Of a stretch of DNA of 64,000 nucleotides, positions 26,001 through 39,220 are shown piece after piece. This DNA is from Phoronis australis (lineage: Eukaryota; Animalia; Phoronida). The position numbers and the translations under genes are program-made. The notes beneath the pieces were generated by a model. It had not been told where the DNA came from, searched no databases, and saw nothing but the letters and a program-made list of their open reading frames with translations. The stretch lies in NCBI GenBank assembly GCA_002633005.1, contig NMRA01000096.1:634097-698096 (forward strand), given 5' to 3'. Every line of letters starts with the position of its first letter. The first letter of the stretch is position 1.

Positions 26001-26799
26001 GTGCTTGGTACCGCAGCTATAAGCTCAAGTAGCTTCATGCACAAGTAAAATTTTGAATAATAGCGCCTTAAATTCAGGGGCCTATCCAGGATTTTGAGTT
26101 GGGGGGGGGGGGGGGGGGNTGCAGGGGTCTTGAATGCTTGGGCTTGCGGAACTGTTGACTAAAGAAAAAAAAAGGTAAACGGGTTTATTTAGGGCCTACG
26201 CATTGTTTATTCACACCCCAAGACCCCCTGGTTGCGCGCATGTGCTATTCAGCAATTCGCACCCGAACTCACAAATGGGATCTGGTACAATTTTAGGGGG
26301 GGCCATGGCCCCCTATACCCCCCCTAAATCTGCCACTGTAATTTGCATTAATTATGCAAATTTATCATGTAACAACATGCAAAGCGATTTCATTTAACTA
26401 GTTGACCAAAAGAATATAGGTGCAAATATCACGATAGTTCATCTGTGGTGCCAGATACAGTAGCTATAAGCACAAGAAGAATTTTGAATAATGGCGGCCT
26501 TAATTTGCATAAATTATGCAAATTGACAATGTATTCACCAAAAACTTATACTATTAAATTCGTTGACCATGGAAACATCAGTAAAAACGTCAAAATTATC
26601 GGGCTGCAGGGCTTGGTAAGGAAATTATAAGCAAAATTTTGCATAATGGCGACCTTAATTTGCATATTTAAAAAAATGCTCAAGGGTTGCGAACTGTCAC
26701 CACCTTAAATCATGGTTAATTAACCCTAGGCTACATGAAACTGCAAAGAAAAAAACTTTATCCGGCAAAACCAGGTTCAACCCCCTGGCTCCCGGACTA
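23014..26799 (+). mobile_element. Academ-type DNA transposon remnant with long sub-repeated TIRs
   Basis: Termini TAGTCCGGGAGCC...GGCTCCCGGACTA, flanked by caa/caa (3-bp TSD). Long inverted arms (aacctggttttgccggataaagttttt). Decayed internal ORF with HALLGCNTLACYRGVGK (XPG/H3TH-like), EAFKENV..RAHYQ and RCDCKG..SRCNC (CXC-like). Confidence 0.8.
26075..26338. mobile_element. MITE of the 22420 family nested in the Academ right arm
   Basis: cagggg.ctatccaggattttgagttgggg...ggggccatggcc...ctaaatctgccactg. Approximate 5-bp TSD (aaatt/taatt). Contains an N at 26119. Confidence 0.65.
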
Positions 26800-27880
26800 C
26801 AATGTCGATTTTCGGCATTGATGTTGGGGAGGAACATCAGTCTGGCGACAGCAACACGGAATCGTAAGAAGGCGATGATTTTCGAAATTTGATTCGTTTT
26901 TGTTGTGTCTTTTTCCCTACGGTTCAGGATTACTTATGAATCCAGGAACAAGGACTCAAAGAGGCAGGGTTCGTGATAACGTTGGAGAACGGTAACATTT
27001 ATATAAGGTGTTACAACTGTCTTCGATATTGTCATCTCGTCTGTTTTCATCCAACCTTCGCTGATGAAAACTTGAATGAAGAGGAAATTCAGTACTTGAA
27101 TGAGCATGGTATACTGTGAGATTTATGTTGAATTATTCAACGGTTCTTTTAAGAACCATTTCACGCTATACCCAAGGCTCATTCACAGTACAACCAACGG
27201 CCCTTTTAAGGGCCACTTAACTCTTCCCAGAAGAACTGCTCACTTGAGAAGGTTGAATTATAAACATACAAAGGTTAAACCAGTGAAATCGTTGCAGAGG
27301 CGCATTTTTAATCCGAACAAAATTAAAAATTTTCTAAAACAAAAACGTTATATAAGTATCTTTTGCATTCACAGGTACTCCTTAGAATTTGTGCACAATA
27401 TGTTTTCGTAGTTTTCTCAGTATGTGAACCATGAATCACAAATTTTGCAAGCGGATGACATAATCAGTCGGCGCCGGAATTTGAAATTTGTAATTAATTA
27501 CCGGTAGCATTGCCAAAAATACTCACGATACCAACACTTCTACTATTGGAAGACTTTGAGCAGCTTTTCAATGCCGAAATTATTATTTTTTTCGTTGTGC
27601 TGGACAGTAAAGTAGAATGCGTGAATTTCCCGTCAAAAAAACACTAACCAGAAACTGCACCAGATAATTTAGAAGAGTGGCGGCGCCTCTTGGCTGCCAC
27701 GTAAGTAAATGTCGGAGTTGCGAATCTGTTAGCTATAATCTATGATTAAATTGGTGTTCGCGTTTTTTTCTACTGGACTTGTATCGCAAGCAACAGCTTA
27801 GTCTGGAGACCTGAATATCACATTTGATTTAGGCTAAAACAGAAGCACGAACTTTAAAAGTAGCGCGTAAGTAAATAACG

Positions 27881-28540
27881 ACATATCTATCCAACGTTTC
27901 GGTTTATTACTCTAAGCCATTGTCAAGGAAACAGTTCACAGACTCAAAACAGGCAACCCAGGTAGAGAAGAGACTGTACAAGTAAACTCAAAATGCATAG
28001 TGAGGTGGAGAGACCAGAAATCAAAACAGTTGGAGCTCAAATGAACCAATGTTTCTATTGAGGTAACGCTCAGCATGGTCGTATATGCATAGCGTCCTTT
28101 ATGAGGAGCCTCAGGGTGGCATTATCCTTGTTTAGGATCTGAACACCAGAGCAATCTATAGTGTGACCAGTTGTCAAGGAATGATTGGGAACAGCACTAT
28201 GTGTGTCTTTACAGTGTTCTTTGACCAATGTAAAACTGTTCACAGTCACAACAGTCGAGTTGGTAAACAACATGACTTCTTTGAGAATTTCTCAACGGTG
28301 TTTTCAGTCTCGACAATGACAAAAGACTGTTTACAGGTTTTAAGATTGTTACGAGTTGAAAACATGGAGCAATAGCTCCAAGCATTCTCTTAAGCTGCCT
28401 CTCGACTACACAACTACTGTTACCTAGATAGGGGGGATTGAGAAACACTTTCTTCAATTCAGGCCCATTACAAACATCCACAGGTGTTCTGGATTCGTAA
28501 TGTAAAAACATGTGATAGTTTTTTTAGTGTGAAATGTCGG
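27881..28540 (-). mobile_element. Penelope-like element fragment (GIY-YIG) with terminal hammerhead-like motif
   Basis: VFLNPPYLGNSS...LSRLKTPL...SHVVYQLDCCDCEQFYIGQ, then HSLTTGHTID..V.IL. 3' end reads cttgacaatggc...ccgaaacgttgg on the minus strand. Confidence 0.8.
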
Positions 28541-29779
28541 GTCACCAGGGATACCTGTTTGAGCCGAGGCAACACAAAGTGATACCCAGTAGTCGTCATC
28601 GTCAGACGAAAATTTGCCGGCGCGACCAGTCCACACTGGTGTGACTGTGCCGGGGGCAATGTGGACTCTAGCCAGCCAGTCAGACAGTTGGCAGCCAATA
28701 TTCAGCTCTGTAAACTTGAAAGGTTGGTTAGTTACCTACTATAACTGTATGAATGTGTTGAGCTCCATTAACCCAGAAATTTCACACAGCCGTTGACTAC
28801 CCGGGCATTGTTGACTTATGCTCATCACCTCGTCGAAAAACTTAGGCTACATGAACATGTAAAGCTAACGGATCGGCGGGGGTGCATGATCTGGTAGTCA
28901 CTCGACACCCACCTTGTTCATTGCAGCCATTTAAGTGGAAATCAATCAAATAAACGTCATTTTGTAGCATGATTCGCCGCCTTTTGTAACAAAGAATTGT
29001 GTCGTCCGTTTCAAAAACAGCACGTTCGTGACACATATTTCTGATATATTATGCAAATAAGTTGTATTTTATTCCATTAGTCAATGATGCAGTCACTGAC
29101 ACACACATTTTAACCACTCTTGAGTGTACTTGAGTGTACTGTATTACTTTGCTTATCAGACAATGCCAGAATAACCTCTTTGTAACATACAGGTTTAGTT
29201 CATATTTCTACCACTAGCATTTCACTGTTTGCAACTCCTCTACAAGAGTGGAACATGTAATTTGAGTGTATTGTTGTTATGTACAATATATTGATGAGAC
29301 CTGATTACTTGTATTAAAAAAGATAGGAAGAGTGTTGTTTTTACAAATATATGTTCACTAAAGTCTTTGGTAATATTGCATAACTTCAAACCCAAATGTC
29401 TCAAGAATATGCAACTTTATATGCGGTAACTTTTAGATTTTGAAAACTCACTATTACATGATTTAAAAAAACGCCAAAATGAAATTTCTCCCTGAAGTAC
29501 TCACAAAAAGTATTTTCTAGAGGTCCTACAAAACTTATACGCCCAACGTGTAGTCGACCTGTTACGCTGAGAATAACGCCTTATATGTAGCGTGAAGACC
29601 CCAGCAATCCTGATATATCGAATCGAGAATTATTAAAAGTCATGACTGAAGAGCTAGAAACGGTGATTAAAGATTTGGTTTGCGGAATGGAATCTCTAAA
29701 AGGATCATGAGTCTGTCAAAGAAGAGAATTTGCAACTGGAGGAGGATAGGAAGAGTGAATTTAATAATTTCATTTCAAG

Positions 29780-30117
29780 TGATTATTTTGTATCAATGGT
29801 GAATGATATAACTATAGAATTATACACTGATAGAAACAATGGTATATAGAGTTTAGAAAAAGTTTGTAGAGAGGTTGGTAATGTTATATCTTCATCAACA
29901 GGTAAACGGTGTAAGAGACAAGGCCGCGACGGATGTAAATGATTCGATTCTGAGCTAAAAACACTGAAAAGAAGAAAATGTAAGCTTTTAGAAGCATTTT
30001 GAAACAATGTAACTGAATCCTTATTGAACGAAAACATTGGTATCAAGAAAAATTTTAGAAAAATGTGTAAATTTAAAAAAGGAAATATAGACGAGAAACT
30101 TGTGAAAATGTTATTAA
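29780..30117 (+). mobile_element. 5' part of a LINE interrupted by the Kolobok-like insertion
   Basis: K*FDSELKTLKRRK-type linker. Sequence resumes after 35268 (NDSNTFWQL) and runs into RT motifs. Confidence 0.55.
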
Positions 30118-33100
30118 AGGAGAATGCCACCCAAAAACAAACTAGTTTGTATCAATTTAGATCAGGTAGTTCCACTCGATAACAGCAAGTACAGCTCTTT
30201 TACCTGACACCTTACGGCAGACAGAGGTGTTGAAATTAACTAATGACGTCAGAAGTTCGAATGCATTCTGTTCAACTGTTCACAACAAGCTTATTGGTGT
30301 CAGCTTATCGCTTGAATTCATCGTTTTACACCAATAAATCATCAAAACTCGATGTAAAACCCTTAAAAATACATCACATCGAGTTATTGAACAAACATGT
30401 TATTTTATTTCGCTGTTACGGATTTTTTGGTATTTAAACGTACCGTAGCCTACAAAGTTCGGTAGGCCAATTTACCAAGGTCGGTCGCGGGAGATGAGGG
30501 TCTGTTCGGTGATAAATTCAAGTTATTCATCCGTAAAATACAGACAGAAGAACATAGCTGTGTGTTGTAATTTTACACTTGCGATTTCGTTCAGTTCTAA
30601 ACGCACAAAACGCTTGCTATCCCGGCCAGTGGCTCGGAACCGGATCAGGCCCGTCGCGACCGGACTGAAGACATCACGAACATAAACAAGTCAAAGTTGG
30701 AAACTAAACTTCCAGTCACAAAAAGACTATACTAGTGAGCTAAAGAAAAAATGTGCACGTGATTATTTTTGTGAATTAGCGGCAAAACTGCAAATCTACT
30801 TACTAGCTCGTCGGGGGCCATGAAGTCTGGTTACCCTTGTACAGAACCACCAGAGCAAAAGTTGTACTGTAACAATGATTCGAATAATGCATATGAATAT
30901 CTAAATAAATATTTCCCTCACATCTGACCATAGGATATAAAATAGAGTTATTGTTTCACAACAACTTTATGTCTACAAACACTGAATTAGTATGCGCTCA
31001 CACGGCCTTGGTGCCTGGTCAATTAGTTCATTGCATCTAAAGCCGGAAAGGCAGTGATTTATTCATTGCTGGCTTCTCAAAACATTTGCACTCACGAACA
31101 CTCCAAGGAATTACAAATTGTATCTGATGAGAAGACTTTGTTTCAGATTTATATAAGAATTGGTTAGGGTGAGAATAATTCATTTTGAAACAGAACGCAC
31201 AATAATAAACGTCAACGTGGCAATTCGCAATCCCGACTTAGATGAGTGCTCATCCGGCGAAGACTCACAGGTCGAACTTTAGGTTTCACAGGCCGGAATA
31301 CACTGATCAAGAAATTATAGAGAGGCTCCGTGAACATGCACATACAAGGAAACATACGGATAGCTCCGAAAACCAGTGAATGATTTGTCATGGTGTCAGT
31401 GATCTAACTGCACGATCATGGAAACGACTGACGCTTGCGTTTGCTGCTCAAATTCGATCCGCAAATGAAATAAAGCGCAGATGTGTCTCACGAGCCATCC
31501 TGATTTTGCACCACATTTAAACAGAGATGTGCTTACACGCTTTTTAGGGCTGAGAAAAAGAACTGGCGAAAACATCCTACACCCTGAGGACCAAACAGAA
31601 GCCTCACGAACGAGTCAGTCATCAAACAGGTTATATAAAACGTTATGTTCTCACGCCTTGAATTAATTGTAGTTGTTTATGTTTTCATGGCCAACTACAA
31701 TTCTCCATAATCAAAAACTGTCCAACAACCCATCCGATGAAGTGCATGCCACTGACAGACACGGAGAAGTTTTACGGCCTTCTATTTGGTATTAACGGCG
31801 TACTTTTCATTCTTCACTACCGTGAGCCACTTCCAAAGCATTATGGGCTCTCGAGGAAATCGAAAAAACGATATACCCGCTTTCCTCGCTGCTTCATAAT
31901 TTGCACAAGCGGGAACGATACACCACACCATAGCGCCCTTCACTCTGCAGGAGAACCACTGACGTCGCTGCGTCGTTTCTCACCTTCCTCACAGGTTAAG
32001 GTGGCACTGAACAGTTAGACTGCGGCCGCGGCCAATTTGCACTCCCAAAATATTAAAATCTAGTAGTTGGCCAGGTTTGGGGGCATTTTTAGTTAGGTAT
32101 TTTATGTATGCCAAGTGAATTTGGTTTGTTTGTATTTGTGAACATGCTGAGAATTTAAAAAGGCCACTTTCTTGGCTGTAGATGCACTCGTCTTCAAGAT
32201 GGTGGCCCCCTGTTGCAGTTGTGCATTGCTGTGTAGCAACTGAGAAATTAGCCGCGATTTCAGGTAGCCCTCAAACAAGCCAGATTTGCAAAAAAAAACT
32301 AGTTGGTTGACAGTACTTTTTGACCACATTTTTGGAATTGGTAGGAAATTTGCTTTCGGAATCTAATGTTGGCTTTAGTCGAGCATCGGCAGGGAAGTGG
32401 TGGTTTTAGAGCGAAAAGTGCCGATTTTGCATTTTTTGTCCTTATTTTTCTTAGTCTAGCTTAGTTTCCAATGGGAGTGAAAGGGTCAAAAATACGAGAA
32501 CAAAGTTTCTGTGCTCATCTGTAGGGCTTGTGATGTGAAATGACCCAAAACTTTTCTTTATTTGCATGCTGTTTTTGACACAGTGAAGAAAGGGTGAAGT
32601 GTGCATTGACGTGCGTTCTGATAGGCAAATCCCTGTGAGAACTGTTCAGTGCCTCCTAACGCGACACCTCTCGGCAAGTTAGGATTGACCGTATATGAGG
32701 TGATGTGGATATAGACCGATTAAGCAGAGACCGTAGACATGGGAACTTTTTGGAATTTGATTTATAGGTATATTATCTAGCCACATAGAAAAAACTAGGT
32801 TGCCCCCCCAAAGTACTCACAAGGATGAACGCTATGAGATCTGGCCCACCGACTATCTTTGGTGCTACTATCAGAGACCATAGATAGGGAGATAGTCCAC
32901 CTAGCGAAATCCCATCGGACGGCCACTGGTGGACATTGTTGTTTCATGGACTGTAGACACGTCTAGCGAGTGTGCGTGCAATAAACAAATGTGGCAAGAT
33001 ATCACGGCTCCCGTCAGTAAAAAAGCAATGGTGCTTTTTGCACTGCCTACGGCTGCAGCAACAGTTAATTGAAAATTCGTGACTCATGCTTTTTTGCTTC

Positions 33101-35268
33101 CTCATTGATTAAGATAAGGGATGTTCATGATTGAAACAGAGGATATTTCTGCGTGAATCTCTTGCCAGTCATTCAGTGATGGACTGGGTGTCTTTACTGT
33201 TTCCTGCATTTGATTGCTGATATAGAAAATTGTCATAAATTGTTTGCATGATTTATGAAACTACTGATTAGTTTATTCTGTGCCCATTGATGCTTCTAAT
33301 TACTTTTTTCATTTCGTTCTGCAGTCTTAATACATTCAGATCTAAAAAATAATTATATTTACTATTATTTACTAATTTTGTTATTGTTTTTTATCATATA
33401 TTTATTTATATATCTATTCTTGATTATTTATTATTGTTTATTTGCTATTACTTATTTAAATCATTTCTTGTGATCCGATACAGTCAACATCCTGGCTGTC
33501 GTTGATCAATAATCTGTATAATATGGTCATGATATGTACTTCAGTGCATAATAACTGTTATGTTTATGGTTTGGTAACCTACTTGGTTATTTGCCATAGT
33601 AAGTGGTGAAGGAAGTGTTCTTTTAAAGGCACATTGAACCATACATCTGTGGACACTTCGGTGGTATGTGTATTACCTTGGAAACTTGTTACACTTCAGT
33701 GACGATGTTGTTTGTTTAGATTTTTGTTTTGACATGGGTTTTAAAACATCAAGTCAAGAAATAAGGCGTCGTTATGTTATTTACTATGAAGTTGGCCTGC
33801 CAACGCAGGCTGAATATGCCTTTAACTAACTGCTGATAGTTGATTTAAAAATGTGAGTGATTTATGAGAGCTGGAAAGCATAGTAAAAAATATCCAAAAT
33901 GGATTGCATATTCAATAGGCATCTTGGCTGTTTTATGGGGGCATACAAGGCAGGTTTACTGGACTTCAGGCAGGAATTCCATCTCTTGCAGGTTTGGAAC
34001 CCGTACCCCTCTTGCCTCCAGTTTCATTCACCACAACCCACCCCAATGCGCTACCCATTTCAGATACCATCGGGCACGGATGCTTGGGGTCCAGTGAATC
34101 AGTCCCAAGTAGCGACTCCACTGTTGCCTAAAACTACTACGTTTTTGGGAGTTTTCTACGTTGAATTCTCAATGATTGAAAATAAGTAGGGATCTTTTCA
34201 TGCAATGCACCTAATTTAAGGACTAAGTCCCTAAATGTTTTGACTGAATTAAGAGCTCAGTTTTTAGTTATATTATTATAAAACATCATAAGTCAAAAGA
34301 GGAGTTCATAATAAAGATAAAATGATAGAAAAATATAAAAACTGTGAGCAAAGAACAAAAAAATGCCTAAAAGATTTACCAACTCAGTTGAGTACAGGCA
34401 GATCCAGGGTGGCAGGTTAAAGGGGTCTGGACCCCCCATTTTCTTTGATTGTAGTGATATCAATGCTAGAATTTTCAAATTGTTGACTTGGGCCACCTTT
34501 CTTAAAAAAACATTATCCGACCCCCCTTTAAAAAATCCTGGATATGACCCTGTTGGGTCGATATTTGGGACAGTTTCATGTCAATGGGCACAGACACAAC
34601 TGCTTGAATCTAGAACGTCTTTAAGATGTGAATTTTCGAAAGAAAGATCTTCTAATTTCTCCATTTTATTTTAAAACAAAGTTTGCGTGTTAAAAGGTTA
34701 CATAATTAATTGTTAATTAATTGATATTAAAACCTGGAATATTGGGGGAAGAAAGCTATCTCTGCCCCCAACCTTTCAATTGGTTGACGGGCACCCCCGC
34801 TCCTATCTCTTCTTCAGCAGATCCATTTGCACATTCCTGACCCCCCTGGACAAAATCCTACAGGTTCGGTACCTGCACATTCTCCAGTAACCTACTTTCA
34901 TCTGCTCAGCTCTTATTACTGAGTCTCCCTCTTGCTTATGATTTATTTCTCGTAATTTATATTACCTTTGCTGCCCAAATTTTTTCTTGGTTTACTCTAT
35001 ATTTTGCCTATGTGTATTTTTCCATTACAGTGCTCGTGTTTTTCTGTTTTCAATATTTTAAACAAAGACACTTCACTGACAATTTTGAATTTGACAAACT
35101 AAGATCGGCCATAGTGAATACCTTGCGTACTTCGTTGGCCCACACACACACGCTAGGTGTCGCCACGGTCCATGACACAATATTGGCGGCGGCCTTGGTG
35201 AATAGTCTTGTTAGCGTCTTTGGATTAAGACGGTAAAAAAGACTAATTAAATCGGGTGGCATTCTCCT
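30118..35268. mobile_element. Kolobok-like DNA transposon (TTAA TSD, 15-bp TIR) with decayed Cys-rich accessory ORF and nested insertions
   Basis: ttaa|AGGAGAATGCCACCC at 30118 and GGGTGGCATTCTCCT|ttaa ending at 35268. About 31290-31560 (+) reads PEYTDQEI...LSWCQ*SNCTIMETTDACVCC...CLTSHPDF, resembling the P2X7 C-terminal-like Cys-rich ORF of Kolobok elements. Confidence 0.75.
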
Positions 35269-37606
35269 TTAAAGCGTTTCAATGAAACGACTCTAATACT
35301 TTCTGGCAACTGACAAAAACAATTTGCAGAAGTCTTCTCCCAACTTGAAAATAACCTGTGACGAGTGGATTGAATACTTTAGTACGTTGTTGAATACTGA
35401 ATGTGAAAATAGTAATTTTGTATTTGACCAATAGGTGGCAGATTTGTTAGAGGATTTTGCTGTGTCAAATGTTCGCGAGATTGTGGAAGTAGTAAATATT
35501 ATGAAAAGTGGGAAGAGTCCAGGCGAAGATGGAATACCGATTGAGTTTTTCGAATTTTCAATAGAAAAAATAAGCATTTATTGTGGATGCTTTTTATTAT
35601 TTTTGCAGTGGGAAATTCCCAGGGAGGTGACAACAGGATTGATGTAACGCTTGTATAAAAAGGGTGATCCATCAAACCCTGGTAACTACAGAGGAATTAC
35701 GTTACTCAATGTTATTTGTAAAATTTTTACTTCTGAATCAATCAAACAGAAGACTGGTAGCGTGGGTGGGTAAAACACATTAGTTCAAGTTATAGAAGAG
35801 CAGGCTGGTTTTAGAAAAATATATTCTACAGTTGATAACATTTTTACACTTAATTGCCTGGTTGAGAAATATTTGTCAAGAAAAAATCAAAACCATTTTA
35901 TTGTGCCTTTATCGGCTTTAGCAAATAGTTTGACTCGATAGACAGATTGAAACTTTTTTATATTTCGATAGCAAAAGGTGTCTCAGGGTCACTATTTAAA
36001 ACCCTACAAAGCATAAATGAAAATCAAAAGTCACCTTGGAATAACAGGAAATACATTTGAGTGCAGGAGTGGGGTGAGACACGGTTGTATGCTTAGTCCT
36101 CTTTTGCTTTCATTGTATATAAACCAATCAGCTGTTGAAATGAGTAGTGAAGAGGGATCTGGTATCCAAATGACCCAAGATATTCAACCTATTATTCTTA
36201 TTGCTTTTTGCAGATGATGTCACGTTATTTGGTGACTCTTTAGTGGAGTTTCAACGACGGCTTAATGCCCTTGAAGGTTTCTATATTAAATGGTATGTGT
36301 CTGCAAACATAGGAAAGTCTAATGCATGCGCGCACCCATGGGGGGAGGTCTGGGCGGGGCTCAAAGGAGCTCCCCCCATTTGGCGAAATGGGCAGAAAGG
36401 TCCGCCCCTGAGAGACAAGAAGTCCGACAAAATGGAACAAAAGTCCCTAAATAAGCGCAAATGCGCAATTGGCATTGGTGTTCCCGTTCTTTTTTTTCTT
36501 TTCTAGTCCGTCCCCTCTTTTGTCAGCAAAAAGTCCACAAAAGTCCACAGCTTCAGAAATTCGAGCCCTCCATGGTGAAGGCTGGGTGCACGCATGTAAT
36601 GTGTTTGTATTTAAAAAGTTGGGAAATCAAAGAAATATGAAAAGTGCTTTTATAAACGAAGTGAGTTAACAGTGTGCAATTAATATTAGTATTTAGGAGT
36701 TGTATTTTCATGCAGGCTTAATTAGTCAGTGTGTTGTAGAACACTTGCCCAACAGTCAAACAAAATACTTGATATTGTCAAGCACCTTTTACAAAACATT
36801 GACTCTACTAGAAATGCAAAAGTTGCCTTCAAACTCTTTGATTCCATGGTTGCTCCTTTATTACTGAAATATGAGGAACTAGTTACAGAAAAGACATTGA
36901 AAATGTACAAAACAAACTTTGTAAATGGCTGTTAAGGACTGGTAACAAAATAACAAATGTCATCGCCAAAAGTGAATGTGGACGGTACGAGCTATCAGTG
37001 TCGTACATGATAAAACCTATTGAATACTTCTTAAAAATGTTAAGATTGAGTAATCGAACGTTTATCAAAGCAGTGCTACAAGATGTTGTATGAAAAAGAC
37101 ATGATTTTTCAAAAACTAGTGTACGGAATTTAAAAATCTGTTGTTTGTATCTGGATTTGGTCGTGTTTGGTTACACCAAGAAGTTGAAGTCGAATCATTG
37201 TTTTTGCAAGCAAAGACTAAGAGACGTAAATCTATAGAAATGGCTGGAATGCGTGGATAATATGAGCAAATTTGATTTTTATAGAAATTTCAAAACCAGT
37301 TTAGTATGTGAAGAATACGTATGTTGCAAGTTGTCATTAAAAAGCAAATATTTGCCGTTGCCAGTATTAGATGCTCAACGCACCGTCTTGGGAAGCGAAA
37401 TAAGGAGAAAAAAATTACCAGGTGAACAAAGGGTATGTTCCGTTTGTAATACAAATGACATACAGGCGGAGATTCATTTTTATTCAATTGTTCAGTTTTA
37501 CTAAGTTTTGAAAATTTTATATCAAAGCTATGTTAGACAGAGATGAAATAATGAGTGTCTAATTTCAGTGTGTACCTTTCAACTTTGTATAAATAAATAA
37601 ATAAAT
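35269..37606 (+). mobile_element. Decayed LINE (RTE/RTEX-like) RT region with (AATA)n 3' tail
   Basis: KSGKSPGEDGIPIEFF, LYKKGDPSNPGNYRGITLLN, EEQAGFRK.YSTVDNIF, GVRHGCMLSPLLLSLYIN, LFADDV, and C-terminal RVCSVCNTNDIQAEIHF. aaataaataaataaat at 37591-37606. Confidence 0.85.
36325..36596. mobile_element. MITE (CATGCGCGCACCCA TIR, 5-bp TSD taatg) nested in the LINE
   Basis: taatg|catgcgcgcaccca ... tgggtgcacgcatg|taatg. Related end at about 17365. Confidence 0.75.
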
Positions 37607-37955
37607 TTCGTCTGTTTTAAAAATAGTGAATCTGACGACATTTTCTGCAAATCCAAAAATAAAGAAACTCAATAACTTTCATGTTGGGATCCCCACGAAG
37701 TAGATTCGTTACGATCTGTTTAAAAGGTATTTTACGAGTTTTAGCGTTCCAATCAATGGCCAGTTGCATGAAACTCAGGTAAGTCCCCTAAATCTTTTGG
37801 GAATTTGTGTCTTTCGGTACCTACAGATGTAATCTTTTTCTATCATTCTAGCTTTACTATGATTTCCTCTTTGGCTAATGACATTTTCTAATAGTATGTT
37901 AACTAAAAACTGAACCTGGAACTAAAAAAATAATAAATAGGGATTTAGTATTTAA

Positions 37956-39220
37956 AGGCGAATGCAACCTTTTTCATGTCATTATCAACAAAATTACGGT
38001 TTCTTTGATTATCCCAAACGTATTTTTCAGTTAATAACGGCTTCCCGTAATTTTATTAATTAGTCGTGACTTTCTCCGGAAGTGACGTTTAGGGGGTCAA
38101 AAATTTCCCGCCGTTTTGTTTTCATATAGTCTGACTGTGAGCTGTCTTGTCAATCATTGTTTTACCTCGGTTGTGACAAGTCCAGTCGTCGTTTGCGCTT
38201 GTTTACGAGTCAGTCATTACGCCGCATGGTTGCTGCGTACCGGGATGTACTCATTATCGTCTCACGCGTACTTTGGACATGACATTACATCGCTTTCCGA
38301 AAGATGACACACTCCGCTGTACTTGTCTCGTTCGTGTGAGGAAAACAGTGTTACCCGTCTACGCAACGGAGAACTTCCCGAGTACGTGGCAAGCATTTTC
38401 TGCCGTCGGATTACGAAAGAGATAAGTACGCGGAATTGATGAAGTTTCCTGCAAAACAACACTGTTGATTACCGGCAGTGCACCGACGCCACCCCCGAGA
38501 AGTTCCTTTTTTGAAGCGAGCTTTGGCCTCTACAGTGACTGGAGCTCTCTCATCTATTGTCACCGTACACCCACACATACCCTAGAGCATGCAATGCAGG
38601 GAAGTAGCAGTGATGCGCCCTGTGCTGGTGTTGTCTGCAGCCCAGAGCCATTAACCAGCCGAGTAGTGGGAGTGAATACAGGCACAGTTCGACACCCAGT
38701 GAGGAGGACAGTTCGTCGTCCAGTGCAACCATGTCTATCCTCGATCTCTGCCTCACACCTCTCAACAGTTGTGTGCGCGCGTTCTGCCTCACTAAACACA
38801 AGCTCAAACAAATATTCATGCACTGACTATTCGCGAAAAAATTCCTCATCACTGTGTCTGTGATATGGGTCGCCGACTCCAGCCATTTATAGGCTACTAC
38901 AAATTGAACAATCCCTAAATCCAATGTAATTGAGTTATCTAACAACCTAGCTTGTCGTAGAATACTCGCCGATGGGAAGTGGTGACGACAACATTAGGAA
39001 ACCAGGAGGAAAACAACAGCGGAACAGATCCTCATAGTAAACTCAAACGTAGAAACAAAATGGCGGAAATTTTTTTACATCTTCATTGTCACTTCCGGAG
39101 TAGGGCACGACTTATTAATAAAATTACGGGAAGCCGTAATTAACTGAAACATATGATTGGTATAATCAATGAACCGTATTTTTTTACTAAAAATGACATG
39201 GAAAAAGGTTGCCTTCTCCT
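37956..39220. mobile_element. Non-autonomous Kolobok-like element (TTAA TSD, about 130-bp imperfect TIRs)
   Basis: ttaa|aggcgaatgcaaccttttt...cggcttcccgtaattttattaat versus attaataaaattacgggaagccg...aaaaaggttgccttctcct|ttaa. Confidence 0.8.

Noticed and set aside
30480-30690. THAP-domain remnant on the minus strand of the Kolobok-like element
   Set aside because: Only vague similarity across frameshifts; cannot be supported by eye.
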